Made by a program: the position numbers and the translations under genes. Positions 41,215-51,768 of a stretch of DNA of 64,000 nucleotides are shown in pieces (positions within the stretch are counted from its first letter, which is position 1; each line of letters starts with the position of its first letter). The notes under the pieces were generated by a model, which was given only the letters and a program-made list of their open reading frames with translations, was not told where the DNA came from and ran no database searches. The stretch covers positions 1 to 64,000 of the forward strand of contig JBGAIQ010000001.1 in assembly GCA_044225365.1 (NCBI GenBank), given 5' to 3'. The DNA is from Planctomycetota bacterium (GTDB taxonomy: Bacteria; Planctomycetota; B15-G4; JADJEK01).

Positions 41215-42906
41215 TCAGAAGTCCATGCCTCCGCCCATGCCACCCATACCGCCCATTCCACCCATGCCACCCATACCGCCCATACCGCCCATCTCGTCGT
41301 GACCACCGGGGCCGCCCTTGTTGTCGCTCTCCTTCTTCGGGAGTTCCGCGACGAGGGCGTCGGTGGTGAGGAGGAGGGCTGCGACGGACGCACCGTTGGT
41401 GAGTGCCGTGCGGACGACCTTGGCAGCGTCGATCACACCGAACTCGAGCATGTCGCCGAAGCGCTCGCCGAGCGCGTCGTAGCCGAACGAGCCCTTGCCC
41501 GCGAGGACCTGCTTCAGGATCAGCGGAGCGTCGGCGCCCGCGTTGTTCGCGATGGTGCGCAGCGGTTGCTCGACCGCCTTCTTCAGGATCTGGATGCCGA
41601 AGGCTTCGTCGCCCGCGACCTCGACCTTGTCGAGCGCCTTGCGGGCCCGTAGGAGCGCCACGCCGCCGCCGGGGACGATGCCTTCTTGCACCGCCGCGCG
41701 CGTCGCGTGGAGCGCATCCTCGATGCGCGCCTTCTTCTCCTTGACCTCGACCTCGGTCGCGCCGCCGACCTTGATCACCGCGACGCCGCCCGCGAGCTTC
41801 GCGAGACGCTCTTCGAGCTTCTCACGATCGTAGTCGGAAGTCGCCTTCTCGATCTCGCGACGGATCTGCTCGCCGCGCGCCTTGACGGCCTTGTCCGAAC
41901 CCGCACCCGAGACGATCGTCGTGTTTTCCGACGAGATCGTGATCTTGGCGGCCTTGCCAAGATCCGCGAGGCGGATGCTCTCGAGGTCGATTCCGAGATC
42001 CTTGAAGAGCGGCTTGCCGCCCGTGAGGATCGCGATGTCCTCCATCATGGCCTTGCGGCGATCGCCGTATCCCGGCGCCTTGACGGCCGCGCACTTCAGG
42101 ATGCCGCGCAGCTTGTTGACGACGAGCGTCGCGAGCGCCTCGCCCTCGACATCCTCCGCGATGATGAGCAGCGGGCGACCTTGCTGGCTGACCTGCTCGA
42201 GCAGCGGGATGAGCTTCTTCGCGGACGAGAGCTTGTCCTCGTGGATGAGCACGAAAGCGTTCTCGAGCTCTACTTCCATCTTCTCCGTGTCGGTCACGAA
42301 GTGCGGCGAGAGGAAGCCGCGGTCGAACTGCATGCCCTCGACGACGTCGACCTGGGTCTCGACGTTACGTCCGTCGTCGACCGTGATCACGCCATCCTTG
42401 CCGACGCGGCTCATCGCGTCCGCGATCATCTTGCCGACCTCGGCATCGTTGTTCGCGGAGATGGCGGCGACGTGGAGGATCTCGCGCTGATCATCGGCCT
42501 TCTTGGCGCTCGCGGTGATCTCCGCGCACATCGCGTCGACGCCCTTCTTGATGCCGCGGGTGAGCGCCGCGGCGTTCACTCCCGACGTGAGGAACTTCAG
42601 GCCTTCGAGGAAAACGGCTTCCGCGATGACCGTCGCCGTCGTCGTGCCGTCACCCGCGACGTCGCTCGTCTTCGATGCGGCTTCCTTCACGAGCTGCGCC
42701 GCCATGTTCTCGTAGGCGTCCTTGAGCTCGATCTCCTCGGCGACGGTGACGCCGTCCTTGGTGATCGTCGGTGCGCCCCAGCCCTTGTCGATGACCGCAT
42801 TGCGGCCGCGCGGACCGAGCGTGCTCTTCACGGCGCGGGCGATCTTGATGACGCCGTCGCGCAGTCTCTCACGAGCTTCTTGTTCGAAGGCGAGCTGCTT
42901 CGCCAT
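41215..42906 (-). CDS. groEL: Chaperonin GroEL (first copy, GGM tail)
   Basis: [31 protein letters not shown]-terminal (GGM)n. Confidence 0.97.
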   Translation of the reverse strand: MAKQLAFEQEARERLRDGVIKIARAVKSTLGPRGRNAVIDKGWGAPTITKDGVTVAEEIELKDAYENMAAQLVKEAASKTSDVAGDGTTTATVIAEAVFLEGLKFLTSGVNAAALTRGIKKGVDAMCAEITASAKKADDQREILHVAAISANNDAEVGKMIADAMSRVGKDGVITVDDGRNVETQVDVVEGMQFDRGFLSPHFVTDTEKMEVELENAFVLIHEDKLSSAKKLIPLLEQVSQQGRPLLIIAEDVEGEALATLVVNKLRGILKCAAVKAPGYGDRRKAMMEDIAILTGGKPLFKDLGIDLESIRLADLGKAAKITISSENTTIVSGAGSDKAVKARGEQIRREIEKATSDYDREKLEERLAKLAGGVAVIKVGGATEVEVKEKKARIEDALHATRAAVQEGIVPGGGVALLRARKALDKVEVAGDEAFGIQILKKAVEQPLRTIANNAGADAPLILKQVLAGKGSFGYDALGERFGDMLEFGVIDAAKVVRTALTNGASVAALLLTTDALVAELPKKESDNKGGPGGHDEMGGMGGMGGMGGMGGMGGMGGGMDF

Positions 42907-43130
42907 GGTGAGTTGTACTCCCGTCTTGGGTTTGCTTTCGGAAAACGACGAAGCGCAACGGTCCGACTCCGCTCTCGAAGCTCGGGCGCGAGCGCTTTTC
43001 TTGTTCTGACGACCGGTCAGGTCTCGTTCGTGGCGGTCGTGCGACCGCGAGTTCGCTGCGTTCGATCGCAGGACTCGCGGCGCGGCGGAATGTTCCGCAT
43101 CGACTGCACGGACGGCGACGCGATCGCCTC

Positions 43131-43147
43131 AGCAATTCGAATACCGA
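43131..43147 (-). promoter_or_regulatory. Putative sigma54 (-24/-12) promoter of the chaperone operon
   Basis: Minus strand TCGGTATTCGAATTGCT, i.e. GG-N10-GC with TTGC, about 225 bp upstream of groEL. Confidence 0.5.
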
Positions 43148-43448
43148 CCCCTTTCGTCGCAGTGCCTGCGTTTCGGGGGCTCGAGTCGGTCCAGATGCGA
43201 GTCCATAAGCTTATATTTGCAAGTGACGTGCGGCAATGCGATGGAGCGAGTCGCGGCGCCGACATCCTGTCGTAGGAGCGCAGCGGCAGGAAACGGCGCC
43301 GACAGATTGTCATGGTCGCGTTCTAGCGTCCTGCTTCGCAGGGTCGTTTCGAGCCGTGGATGCGATCTCGCACTGCGGGGTGCGAGCACGTAGATTGCGC
43401 GACCTTCGACCCCCAGGCCCCGCAAGAACATCGATCGGGACGTGCGTC

Positions 43449-44648
43449 ATGCTCACGCTGCTCGCCCTCTGCTCGGCTTTCGTCCTCGCGCCGCCGGTGT
43501 ACACCGTGCGGGCGATCGGACTCGAACCCCTGGCGGCGTCGAATCTCGAACTCGACATCGCGAGTCGAACCCTGCGGCTCGTCCTCGAATCGGGGACGCG
43601 TGAGATCCCGCTCGCGGACCTGATCCGGATCGATGTCGCCGGCAGCGCCTCGGTGTTCGACGCGGATTGCGACGTCTTGCTCGCCGACGGATCGCGCTTC
43701 CTCGCGCGGCTCGCCGATGGGGTCGAGGACTCCCTGGCAATCGAGACGCCGGCGTTCGGTCGTAGCGCGATCGCACTCGAGCACGTGCGATCGGTCGCGT
43801 TCGGCGATGCGAGCCTTCGTCCCGACCCCACGCGCTGGCCGCCCCTCGCGGAGGACTCGGCGCTGCGACGTGGCAAGGGCGAGGGCGACAAGGTGGTGGG
43901 AACCCTCACCAAGATCGGGCGTGATGGCGTCGACATCGCGAGCGACATCGGCGCGATCCATCTCAAGGTGACCGATCTCCTCGGTGCGAGCATCGGCGTG
44001 GATCCAAAAGATGCAGCGAAGGCGAGTGCGGTCGCAGGCGGCATCGACGTCGATCTGCGCGACGGAGGATCGCTGCACGCCGAACTCCTCGCGATGCACG
44101 CCGGTGCGATCGCTGTGAAGACGGTGTTCTCGCCCACGCTCGATCTGCCGTTCTCCCACGTCGAACGAATTCGGTTCCACAGCGAGCGTTTCACCTGGCT
44201 CTCCGACCTCGAACCCGCGACGGTGGAGGAGATGCCCTACCTCGGTGGCGCCGACGACTTCATCTTTCACTGGCGCAAGGACCGCAGCGTGACGGGCGAG
44301 CCGCTCGCGGTCGGCGGAGTTCGCTACGGCAAGGGGATCGGAGCGCATTCGCGCACGCGTCTCACCTACGCGCTCGATGGGAAGTTCACGTCGTTCGAAG
44401 CCGCCGCGGGGATCTGCGACGAGGTCACCGCACTTCGCGTGAACGGCTCGGTGGTGGTGCGCGTCCGAGTCGACGACCAGCCGGTCTTCGAGAGCCCGCT
44501 GCTGCGCGGCGGAGACAAGGCATTCCCCATTCCCCGCGTCGATCTGAAGGGCAAGAAGACGCTTCTCGTCGAGTTCGATTTCGGAGATCAGGGCGACGCG
44601 GGCGATCGTGCGGCCCTCGTCGATCCGCTTCTCACTCGATCTCCGTGA
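43449..44648 (+). CDS. Secreted protein with C-terminal NPCBM/NEW2 domain
   Basis: Signal peptide; WLSDLEP...KDRSVTGEPL..GGVRYGKGIGAHS...FEAAAGICD...DFGDQGDAGD. Confidence 0.85.
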   Translation: MLTLLALCSAFVLAPPVYTVRAIGLEPLAASNLELDIASRTLRLVLESGTREIPLADLIRIDVAGSASVFDADCDVLLADGSRFLARLADGVEDSLAIETPAFGRSAIALEHVRSVAFGDASLRPDPTRWPPLAEDSALRRGKGEGDKVVGTLTKIGRDGVDIASDIGAIHLKVTDLLGASIGVDPKDAAKASAVAGGIDVDLRDGGSLHAELLAMHAGAIAVKTVFSPTLDLPFSHVERIRFHSERFTWLSDLEPATVEEMPYLGGADDFIFHWRKDRSVTGEPLAVGGVRYGKGIGAHSRTRLTYALDGKFTSFEAAAGICDEVTALRVNGSVVVRVRVDDQPVFESPLLRGGDKAFPIPRVDLKGKKTLLVEFDFGDQGDAGDRAALVDPLLTRSP

Positions 44649-44753
44649 GATCGGGAAGACCGCCCGCCGACCGTCCACGGATCGATTCGGCCCGCGACGA
44701 GCGGATCCCTGTCACCGGCCGCCGTTCGATGCGTTGTGTCGTCGGAGGTCGAG

Positions 44754-45470
44754 ATGAACGACGAACACGGAACGGACGAAGAGAAGGATCTCGATTCGCG
44801 GCCGCGTGAGCGGCTCGTGGAACGAGGCGTGGGCGCGCTCGGCGCGAACGAACTGCTCGCCTTGGTGCTGGGCACCGGCAGCCTCGGTGAGGATGCCGTG
44901 ACCCTCGCATCGCGCCTCTTGGCGCGCGGCGGATTGCGCGGGCTCGCTCGGCGGTCGGCCCACGAACTCGCGCGCGAGCGCGGCATAGGACCGGCGCGCG
45001 CGGCGCGACTCGTCGCGGCGTGCGAGATCGGGCGCAGACTTGCCCAGTCCACCGCCATGCGGGGCACGCCGTTGCGAGGAGGTGGAGACGTGTATCGCCT
45101 CCTGGCGCCGACTCTGCGCGATCTGCGAAAGGAAGTGTTCGTCGCGCTCCTGCTCGACGGCAAGCATCGCCTTCTCCGCGAGGAGCGTGTCTCGGAGGGA
45201 TCGCTCACTTCCGCGATCGTGCATCCGCGCGAAGTGTTCGGCCCCGCGATCCGCGAGTCCGCGGCCGCCGTGATCGTCGCTCACAATCATCCCTCGGGCG
45301 ATCCGTCGCCGAGTCGCGAGGACATCGCCGTGACCGAGCGCCTCATCGAGGTGGGCCAACTCGTCGGAGTCGAGTTGATCGATCACGTGGTGATTGGCGA
45401 TCCCGGCTACGTGTCGCTGCGCGAGCGCGGCTGCTTCCAGCGCGAGCTCGACACCGCCCGCCGTTCGTGA
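44754..45470 (+). CDS. radC: RadC family (JAB/MPN) protein
   Basis: RPRERL...ELLALVLGTG, VHPREVF, HNHPSGDPSPSRED, DHVVIG. GGAGG RBS. Confidence 0.95.
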   Translation: MNDEHGTDEEKDLDSRPRERLVERGVGALGANELLALVLGTGSLGEDAVTLASRLLARGGLRGLARRSAHELARERGIGPARAARLVAACEIGRRLAQSTAMRGTPLRGGGDVYRLLAPTLRDLRKEVFVALLLDGKHRLLREERVSEGSLTSAIVHPREVFGPAIRESAAAVIVAHNHPSGDPSPSREDIAVTERLIEVGQLVGVELIDHVVIGDPGYVSLRERGCFQRELDTARRS

Positions 45471-45480
45471 TCATCGCCGA

Positions 45481-46785
45481 TCAGTGCTTGCCCGTGCGAT
45501 CGCGAAGGAACGTGTCGCTCACGCCATTGGCGTCCCCTGCGGCGAGGTTCGTCGCGAAGGACGAGAACAGGACGAAGCGGCCGTTGTTCGAGATCGCGTT
45601 GGGGAACGAATCGCCGTCGCCAGGCGTCTTCGAGTCGTCGATCGAGACGAGCGAAGTCGTTCCCTTCTTCAGATCCCGCACGTAGGTCTGGTTGCCGGTG
45701 GCTTGAGCGGAGAAGTTGGTGGCAGGAGTCTGGAACACGACGTAGCGCGCGTTCCCGCTGATTCGTGGCAGGTCGCAGTAGGCGTTGGCTTCTACTCCTT
45801 GTGGACCGAGCGATGCGCGCACCGTCGTGTGGTGCTTGCGATCGTGGACGAAGACGTCGGCGACGGCGTTCGTGTCGTTCGGGACGAGGTTCGTCGCGTA
45901 GGAGCGGAATGCGACGAAGCGACCGTTCGCGCTGAGCGAGGGTTGCAGGCTGATGTCGTCGCTCTGAACGCCGATACTGCTGATCGAGACGCGATCGACT
46001 GCGCCCGTGATGCGATCCTTCACGAAGACGTCCACGAGGCCGTTCGTGTCCGCGGCGACGAGATTCGTCGCGTCGGACACGAACGTCACGTAGCGCCCGT
46101 CGGAAGAGATCTCGGCGCCGTAGCTGTGTCCGTTCGATTCGACGCCGGCGGCATCGACGCTCATGCGCGACGTCACTCCGGTCGTGAGATCGCGGAGGAA
46201 GACATCGACTTTGCCGTTCGTGTCCCCAACGATCACGTTCGTCGCCGCGCTCGAGAACAGAACGAAGCGACCATTGCCCGAGATGGCGCAGTCCCACGCC
46301 GCCCCGTCGGCGTCGCCGCCACCCGGATTGCCGCTTACTTTCGTCGTCGTATTCATGTCGAGGTCGCGAACGAAGACGTCGACGGCCTGATTGAGGTCTC
46401 CTGAAGACAGGTTCGTCGCGCCCGACAAGAAGGCGATGACCTTTCCATCGTTGGAGCAGCTCGGGTTCGAGCAGCCGGCGTTGGCGGGACCGGAGTCGAA
46501 CGGGCTCACCGAGACGAATCGCGTCAACGACGCCTTCATGTCGCGCACGAAGACCTGATCGAATCCGTTCGCGGCGCCGCCGTCGAATTCGGCGCCCGGC
46601 GAGGTGAATACGGTGTAACGCCCGTTCTTCGAGACGTCGCCGCCCCAGCTCGGATTCGTCGCCATCGTTCCGGAGAAGCTCTCCGAGACGAGACGTGTGC
46701 TGCCGGCGAGTACGAGATGCGGGGTGCTGAATGCAATGACGAAGGCAACTCGCAAGGAGGTCGTGCGAGTGAGGCGATGCAACAT
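45481..46785 (-). CDS. Secreted TolB-like/PD40 beta-propeller protein
   Basis: Seven repeats of S(N/D)GR(F/Y)V.F.S.ATNL...DTNG..DVF.RD. Confidence 0.88.
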   Translation of the reverse strand: MLHRLTRTTSLRVAFVIAFSTPHLVLAGSTRLVSESFSGTMATNPSWGGDVSKNGRYTVFTSPGAEFDGGAANGFDQVFVRDMKASLTRFVSVSPFDSGPANAGCSNPSCSNDGKVIAFLSGATNLSSGDLNQAVDVFVRDLDMNTTTKVSGNPGGGDADGAAWDCAISGNGRFVLFSSAATNVIVGDTNGKVDVFLRDLTTGVTSRMSVDAAGVESNGHSYGAEISSDGRYVTFVSDATNLVAADTNGLVDVFVKDRITGAVDRVSISSIGVQSDDISLQPSLSANGRFVAFRSYATNLVPNDTNAVADVFVHDRKHHTTVRASLGPQGVEANAYCDLPRISGNARYVVFQTPATNFSAQATGNQTYVRDLKKGTTSLVSIDDSKTPGDGDSFPNAISNNGRFVLFSSFATNLAAGDANGVSDTFLRDRTGKH

Positions 46786-46989
46786 GGGAGTGCTCGAATT
46801 CTCTTCGGGATCGGATGGAGCGCACGCATGCCCCTTGCGCGCTCGGACTCCAGGCCTCCTATCGACGGACCTTCTTGCTTTCTTGATGACGGACTTTCGA
46901 CGCCGGCGAATTCGCCGCGCGCGGTAGATTCGCGGCCCGACGCCGGAACGAATCGACGAACGATTCGATGCTCGTGTGGAGCCTGGTCG

Positions 46990-48276
46990 ATGGCAGGGAA
47001 AGAGCGCCAAGCCGAACTGCCCGCGGAGCCCATCGAACGCGGAGGAGGTCCACTCGGACGGGCCGCATGGCTCGCGCTCCTCGCGGCATTCCTGGGCTGG
47101 CTCTTCGACGGATTCGAGATGGGGCTCTTTCCGCTCGTCGCTCGCCCGGCGTTGCGGAGTCTCCTCGCGTCTTCGGGAGCCGGCGACGAAGTGGTCTCGG
47201 AGTGGATCGGGATCATCACCGCAGCGTTCCTGCTCGGCGCCGCGAGCGGGGGGATCGTCTTCGGCTGGCTCGGGGATCGGGTGGGGCGGGTGCGCGCGAT
47301 GTCGCTCAGCATCCTCACCTATTCGCTCTTCACCGGTCTCACTTACTTCGCGAACGAGCCCTGGCAGCTCGGAGCGCTGCGATTCGTGGCGGCGCTCGGC
47401 ATGGGCGGCGAATGGTCGCTCGGCGTCGCGCTCGTCATGGAGGTGTGGGGCGAGCGGCATCGTCCTCTGCTCGCCGGAGCCATCGGCGCTGCGGCGAATC
47501 TCGGGTTCCTGCTCGTCGGCAGCGTCGGGAAGTGGTTGCCGATCACGATCGATTCCTGGCGCTGGATCATGCTGGTCGGCGCACTGCCGGCCCTGCTCGT
47601 GTTCCTGATCCGACTCGGGGTGAAGGAATCGGAGCGCTGGCGCGAGGCGAGTCGTTCTGCGCCGACGCGACCTCTCGCCGAAGTGTTCGGCGCCGCGCTG
47701 CGCGGCCGGACGTTCGTCGCGATCGGACTCGCGTCCGTCGTGCTCATCGGCACCTGGGCCGCAGTGACGTGGATCCCCTCGTGGGTCGACCGGCTGAGCG
47801 GCGGGAAGGATCCCGGCGCGAAGGCGACGGCGGTCCAGGCCTACGGCATCGGTGCGACTCTCGGCAGTTTCCTCGGTCCTTTGCTCACGTTCCTCGGTCG
47901 CCGCGCGCAGTACGCACTCTTCTGCGTGCTGTCGACGATCGCGTGCGCGATCCAGTTCCGGTTCCTGCACGAGTGGAACTCGATGTTCGTGGTCATGATC
48001 GGCGTGACCGGTGCGACGACCGCAGCGTTCTACGGATTCCTTCCGCTCTATCTCCCCGAGTTGTTCCCGACGCGGGCGCGCGCGACGGGCCAAGGCGTCG
48101 CGTTCAACTTCGGACGGGTCTTCGCGGCCGGCTTCGCCCTTCTCGGCGGGCAGATCGCGAAGGCGTTCGACGGGGATCTCGCACGAGCGGGCGGGATGGT
48201 GACTCTCGTGTATCTGCTTGGACTCGTGCTCGTCCTTTTCGCGCCCGAAACCCGCGGCGAGAGGTTGCCCTCGTGA
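46990..48276 (+). CDS. MFS transporter
   Basis: GWLFDGFE, GWLGDRVGRVRAM, GMGGEW, YLPELFPTRARATG, PETRG. Confidence 0.93.
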   Translation: MAGKERQAELPAEPIERGGGPLGRAAWLALLAAFLGWLFDGFEMGLFPLVARPALRSLLASSGAGDEVVSEWIGIITAAFLLGAASGGIVFGWLGDRVGRVRAMSLSILTYSLFTGLTYFANEPWQLGALRFVAALGMGGEWSLGVALVMEVWGERHRPLLAGAIGAAANLGFLLVGSVGKWLPITIDSWRWIMLVGALPALLVFLIRLGVKESERWREASRSAPTRPLAEVFGAALRGRTFVAIGLASVVLIGTWAAVTWIPSWVDRLSGGKDPGAKATAVQAYGIGATLGSFLGPLLTFLGRRAQYALFCVLSTIACAIQFRFLHEWNSMFVVMIGVTGATTAAFYGFLPLYLPELFPTRARATGQGVAFNFGRVFAAGFALLGGQIAKAFDGDLARAGGMVTLVYLLGLVLVLFAPETRGERLPS

Positions 48277-48439
48277 ACGGCGCGCGAAGCGAAGACGGGA
48301 ACCGCTTCACTTCGCCGGGAGGGAAGGCTAAAACCATACGTTTCGAACCCCGCTGCGAAGTGGGGCGTGCGGGGCGATGCTCGCCTCGTCCCGTCGGCAA
48401 CGGCCGCGCGAAACGAATCCACGCTCCGGAGTGCCCGGT

Positions 48440-49198
48440 TTGATCGCCTTCATTTCCGATCTTCACTCCAACATGGAGGCGATCCGCGCGGTCCTCGATC
48501 ACATCGCCGCGCAGAAGATCCAGCGGATCATCTGCCTTGGCGACGTGATCGGTTACGGACCGGAGCCGGTCGCCGCGCTGCGACTCGTCAAGGAGTGGGA
48601 AGCGTGTCTGCGTGGCAACCACGAAGAAGCGCTGCTCTACATCGCCGAGGACTTCAACGAGAAGGCGCGCGCCGCCCTCGACTGGACCCGCGATCGTTTG
48701 AACGACGAGTCGTTGCCGCGCGACGAACGCTACGGCTTCTGGTCGATCATCGCCGACGTGATGCGCGAGACGATTCGACTCGAGGACGCGCTCCTGGTGC
48801 ACGGATCGCCACGCGATCCGATTCGCGAGTACATGCTGCCGCGCGACGTCCAGAACCCGACGAAGATGAAGCAAGTCTTCGACAAGATGGATCGGCCGAT
48901 GTGCTTCGTGGGTCACAGTCACGTGCCCGGCGTCTACGCCGAATCCGGTGGTTTCATCTCGCCGACGCAGATGGAAGGCCAGGCGTATCGCGTTGCGAAG
49001 GGTCAGAAGCACCTCGTGAACGTCGGGTCGGTCGGACAACCGCGCGATGGCGACAATCGCGCGTGCTACGCGACGTGGGACGGCGAGACGGTTCGATTCC
49101 ACCGCGTCGAGTACGACTACGCGACCACCATGAAGAAGATCTACGAGTCCGGCGGACTCCCGCGATACCTCGCGGACCGATTGAAGGTTGGCCGTTGA
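48440..49198 (+). CDS. Metallophosphoesterase (YfcE/PrpA-like)
   Basis: SDLHSN, LGDVIGYG, RGNHE, HGSP, GHSH, NVGSVGQPRDGD. Start approximate. Confidence 0.93.
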   Translation: MIAFISDLHSNMEAIRAVLDHIAAQKIQRIICLGDVIGYGPEPVAALRLVKEWEACLRGNHEEALLYIAEDFNEKARAALDWTRDRLNDESLPRDERYGFWSIIADVMRETIRLEDALLVHGSPRDPIREYMLPRDVQNPTKMKQVFDKMDRPMCFVGHSHVPGVYAESGGFISPTQMEGQAYRVAKGQKHLVNVGSVGQPRDGDNRACYATWDGETVRFHRVEYDYATTMKKIYESGGLPRYLADRLKVGR

Positions 49199-49261
49199 TC
49201 TCGCGTAGATCGCAGCCATCCCGGACCGAACCGACGACGACAACCAACCGACAGGCCCCAC

Positions 49262-51094
49262 GTGGATAACCAGCGCGTACGACTGACGCTGCTCGTAGCA
49301 TTCATCTTCACGATCATGTTCTTCTGGGCGACGAACAAGGATCGGCCGCCCGTTCCCCCCGTGACCAAGGATCCGAGCGCGCCGCAGGCGAACACGTCTT
49401 CGGGGAGCGGCGGTTCGGGGACGAGCGCGAGTAGTCCTGCGTCCGCGAGCAATTCGAACCCCGCGCCGGCGGTTCCCGCGAAGTTCGAGGTCACGGCCGT
49501 TCCGGAAGTGCCGGTGCTCCCGCTCGAGAACGAGTTCCTCCGCGTCGAACTGTCGGCCATCGGCGGGTCGATTCGCCAGGTCAGTCTGAAGAAGTTCTAC
49601 GAGACGCCGCCGCCCCGCGGCGCGCGGCCGGAGGACATCGACCCCGCGCTGCTCGTCCAACTCCTGCCGACGACTCCGAAGGCGATCGCGCCGACGCTGG
49701 CGTTCGCGGAGCATGGCGCCTCCGACGCCGAGAACCAATTGCTCGCGACGAAGCCGTGGACCGTTTCGGAGGAGCGCTCGGACGCGGGCGACCGCACCGT
49801 CGTCTTTGGATTTCGCACGGCCGACGGCATCGAGATCGAGAAGCGACTCACCCTGAAGAAGGACAGCTACGCGCTCGACATCGAACTGCGCACCAAGAAG
49901 GTCGATCCGACCTTGCCCGCGGCGAAGATCTTTCGCATCCGAATCGGCTCGGGCGTGAAGGACACGCATCGTGGGCAGTTGTCCCAGGATCCTTCGTGCG
50001 TCGCCATGCAGGACGACGGTCGCGGCGAGATCGCGGTCACCGTGAAGCACGCGAAGGACCTCGGGACGGCGATGGTGACGCTCGAGCGTCAGGGCGAGGC
50101 TCGACTGCCTTTCGCGGGCGTTGCGAACCACTATTTCGCCCTGCTCCTCACTCCCGCCGACGATGCCGCCGATCAACGCACCGTCGGCACGAATCTCTCG
50201 ACGTTCGACGCCAAGGATCCGGAAGCCGTGACGACCGAAGTCGCGGTCTCGATGCCGCTCGACGAGAGTTCAGCGCAACGGACGCATCTCCGGCTCTACG
50301 CCGGCCCCAAGGATCCGCGCCTCCTCGAGGCGCAGGGTCTGCCGCGACTCGTGCATCTCGTCGAGGAGGACTACGGGAGCTGGAAGAGCCTGCGCTGGGT
50401 CAACAAGGCGTTGCTCGGTGGCCTGCGCTTCTTCCACGGCCTCGTCGGCAACTGGGGCGTCGCGATCATGCTGCTCACGCTCCTGATCCGCGCCATCGTG
50501 TTCCCGATCACTCGCGCCCAACAGGTGAGCATGGCGCGCTACAGCGCGAAGATGGCGGTGCTGAAGCCCAAGCTCGATCGCCTCAAGGCCGAGATGGGGG
50601 ACAACCCGCAGAAGTTCGCTCAAGAGCAGATGAAGCTGCTGCGCGAGCACCAAGCGACACCGCCGCTCTTCGGCTGTCTCTCGAGCTTCATCACATTGCC
50701 GGTCTTCGTCGGGATGTGGCAGAGTCTGCGCAGCGCGATCGAGGTTCGGCAGGCCGAATTCGTCGGTTGGATCCACGACCTCTCCCTGCCCGACGCGCTC
50801 ATGACGATCGGCACGATCCACATCAACGTGCTCCCGATCCTCGCCACGTCCGCCTTCGTGCTGCAGGTCGCAATGCAACCGAAGCCCGCCGATCCACAGG
50901 CCGCTCAGCAGCAGAAGATGATGATGGTGATGCCGATCATCTTCGGTGTGGTCTTCTACAACTACGCAGCCGGCCTCTCGCTCTACTCCCTCACCTCGAG
51001 CAGCCTCTCGATCTTCGAGTCGAAGGTGATCCGGAAGAAGTGGCCGGTGCCTACGGCGGCTTCGTTCCAAGCTGTTCCCGTGAAGAAGAAGTAG
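49262..51094 (+). CDS. yidC: Membrane protein insertase YidC
   Basis: N-terminal TM, periplasmic domain, YAGPKD, GNWGVAIMLLTLLIR, WIHDLSLPD, AGLSLY. Confidence 0.94.
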   Translation: MDNQRVRLTLLVAFIFTIMFFWATNKDRPPVPPVTKDPSAPQANTSSGSGGSGTSASSPASASNSNPAPAVPAKFEVTAVPEVPVLPLENEFLRVELSAIGGSIRQVSLKKFYETPPPRGARPEDIDPALLVQLLPTTPKAIAPTLAFAEHGASDAENQLLATKPWTVSEERSDAGDRTVVFGFRTADGIEIEKRLTLKKDSYALDIELRTKKVDPTLPAAKIFRIRIGSGVKDTHRGQLSQDPSCVAMQDDGRGEIAVTVKHAKDLGTAMVTLERQGEARLPFAGVANHYFALLLTPADDAADQRTVGTNLSTFDAKDPEAVTTEVAVSMPLDESSAQRTHLRLYAGPKDPRLLEAQGLPRLVHLVEEDYGSWKSLRWVNKALLGGLRFFHGLVGNWGVAIMLLTLLIRAIVFPITRAQQVSMARYSAKMAVLKPKLDRLKAEMGDNPQKFAQEQMKLLREHQATPPLFGCLSSFITLPVFVGMWQSLRSAIEVRQAEFVGWIHDLSLPDALMTIGTIHINVLPILATSAFVLQVAMQPKPADPQAAQQQKMMMVMPIIFGVVFYNYAAGLSLYSLTSSSLSIFESKVIRKKWPVPTAASFQAVPVKKK

Positions 51095-51102
51095 CTCGCG
51101 GG

Positions 51103-51150
51103 CTCCAACATTTTGCGTCCCCTCTATCATCGTCCCACAACCGGTGGTAG
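51103..51150 (+). promoter_or_regulatory. Tandem NrdR-box-like operator overlapping a putative promoter
   Basis: Box 1 CTCCAACATTTTGCGT (51103-51118) matches all core positions of acaCwAtATaTwGtgt. Weaker box 2 CCACAACCGGTGGTAG (51135-51150) at 32-bp spacing. TTGCGT-N17-CACAAC overlaps both. Confidence 0.6.
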
Positions 51151-51291
51151 AACCAGCCAACGCGGCGGACGGAGCATGGATTTGGAGCGGTTGCGGTACT
51201 TCGGGCGGTGAAAGCCTGGTGGCGCAAGGGGTTCCAAGCGGCGTCCGGTGCGCCCGTCGCGACTTCGCATCCCCTGAACCCACGGCATCGC

Positions 51292-51768
51292 ATGCGCTGC
51301 CCATTCTGCTCCGCGAACAACGATCGTGTCATCGACTCGCGAACGTCGGGAGACGCGTTCGTGATTCGTCGCCGACGTGAGTGCATTCAATGTGCGAAGC
51401 GGTTCACGACCTACGAGAAGGTCGAGGAGCCCACACTGCACGTGATCAAGAAGGACGGATCGCGGGTCCCCTTCGATCGCGCCAAGATCATGAACGGCCT
51501 GCTCAAGGCCTGCGAGAAGCGTCCGGTCTCGGTCGATCGGCTCGAAGAAGTCGTGAACCGGATCGAGGCGCAGCTCAACGAGTCGTTCGACAAGGAAGTG
51601 TCTTGTCGGTTCGTCGGCCAGCTCGTGATGAACGCGTTGAAGGAGATCGACGAAGTCGCGTACGTGCGCTTTGCGTCGGTCTACCGCGAGTTCAAGGACA
51701 TCGAGGAGTTCATGCACGAACTCCAACCCCTGCTCGATGCGCGGAGGCTCCCGATCCGTGATTCGTAG
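51292..51768 (+). CDS. nrdR: Transcriptional repressor NrdR
   Basis: MRCPFC..DSR..IRRRREC..C..RFTTYE, ATP cone VIKKDG, DEVAYVRFASVYREF. Confidence 0.98.
   Translation: MRCPFCSANNDRVIDSRTSGDAFVIRRRRECIQCAKRFTTYEKVEEPTLHVIKKDGSRVPFDRAKIMNGLLKACEKRPVSVDRLEEVVNRIEAQLNESFDKEVSCRFVGQLVMNALKEIDEVAYVRFASVYREFKDIEEFMHELQPLLDARRLPIRDS

Noticed and set aside
41225-41292. 9-bp tandem repeat
   Set aside because: It encodes the ordinary GGM tail of GroEL.
42907-43448. CIRCE operator
   Set aside because: No TTAGCACTC-N9-GAGTGCTAA match seen.
44754-45470. radC as marker of a mobile element or anti-defence locus
   Set aside because: Full-length chromosomal type; no integrase, att site or compositional shift nearby.
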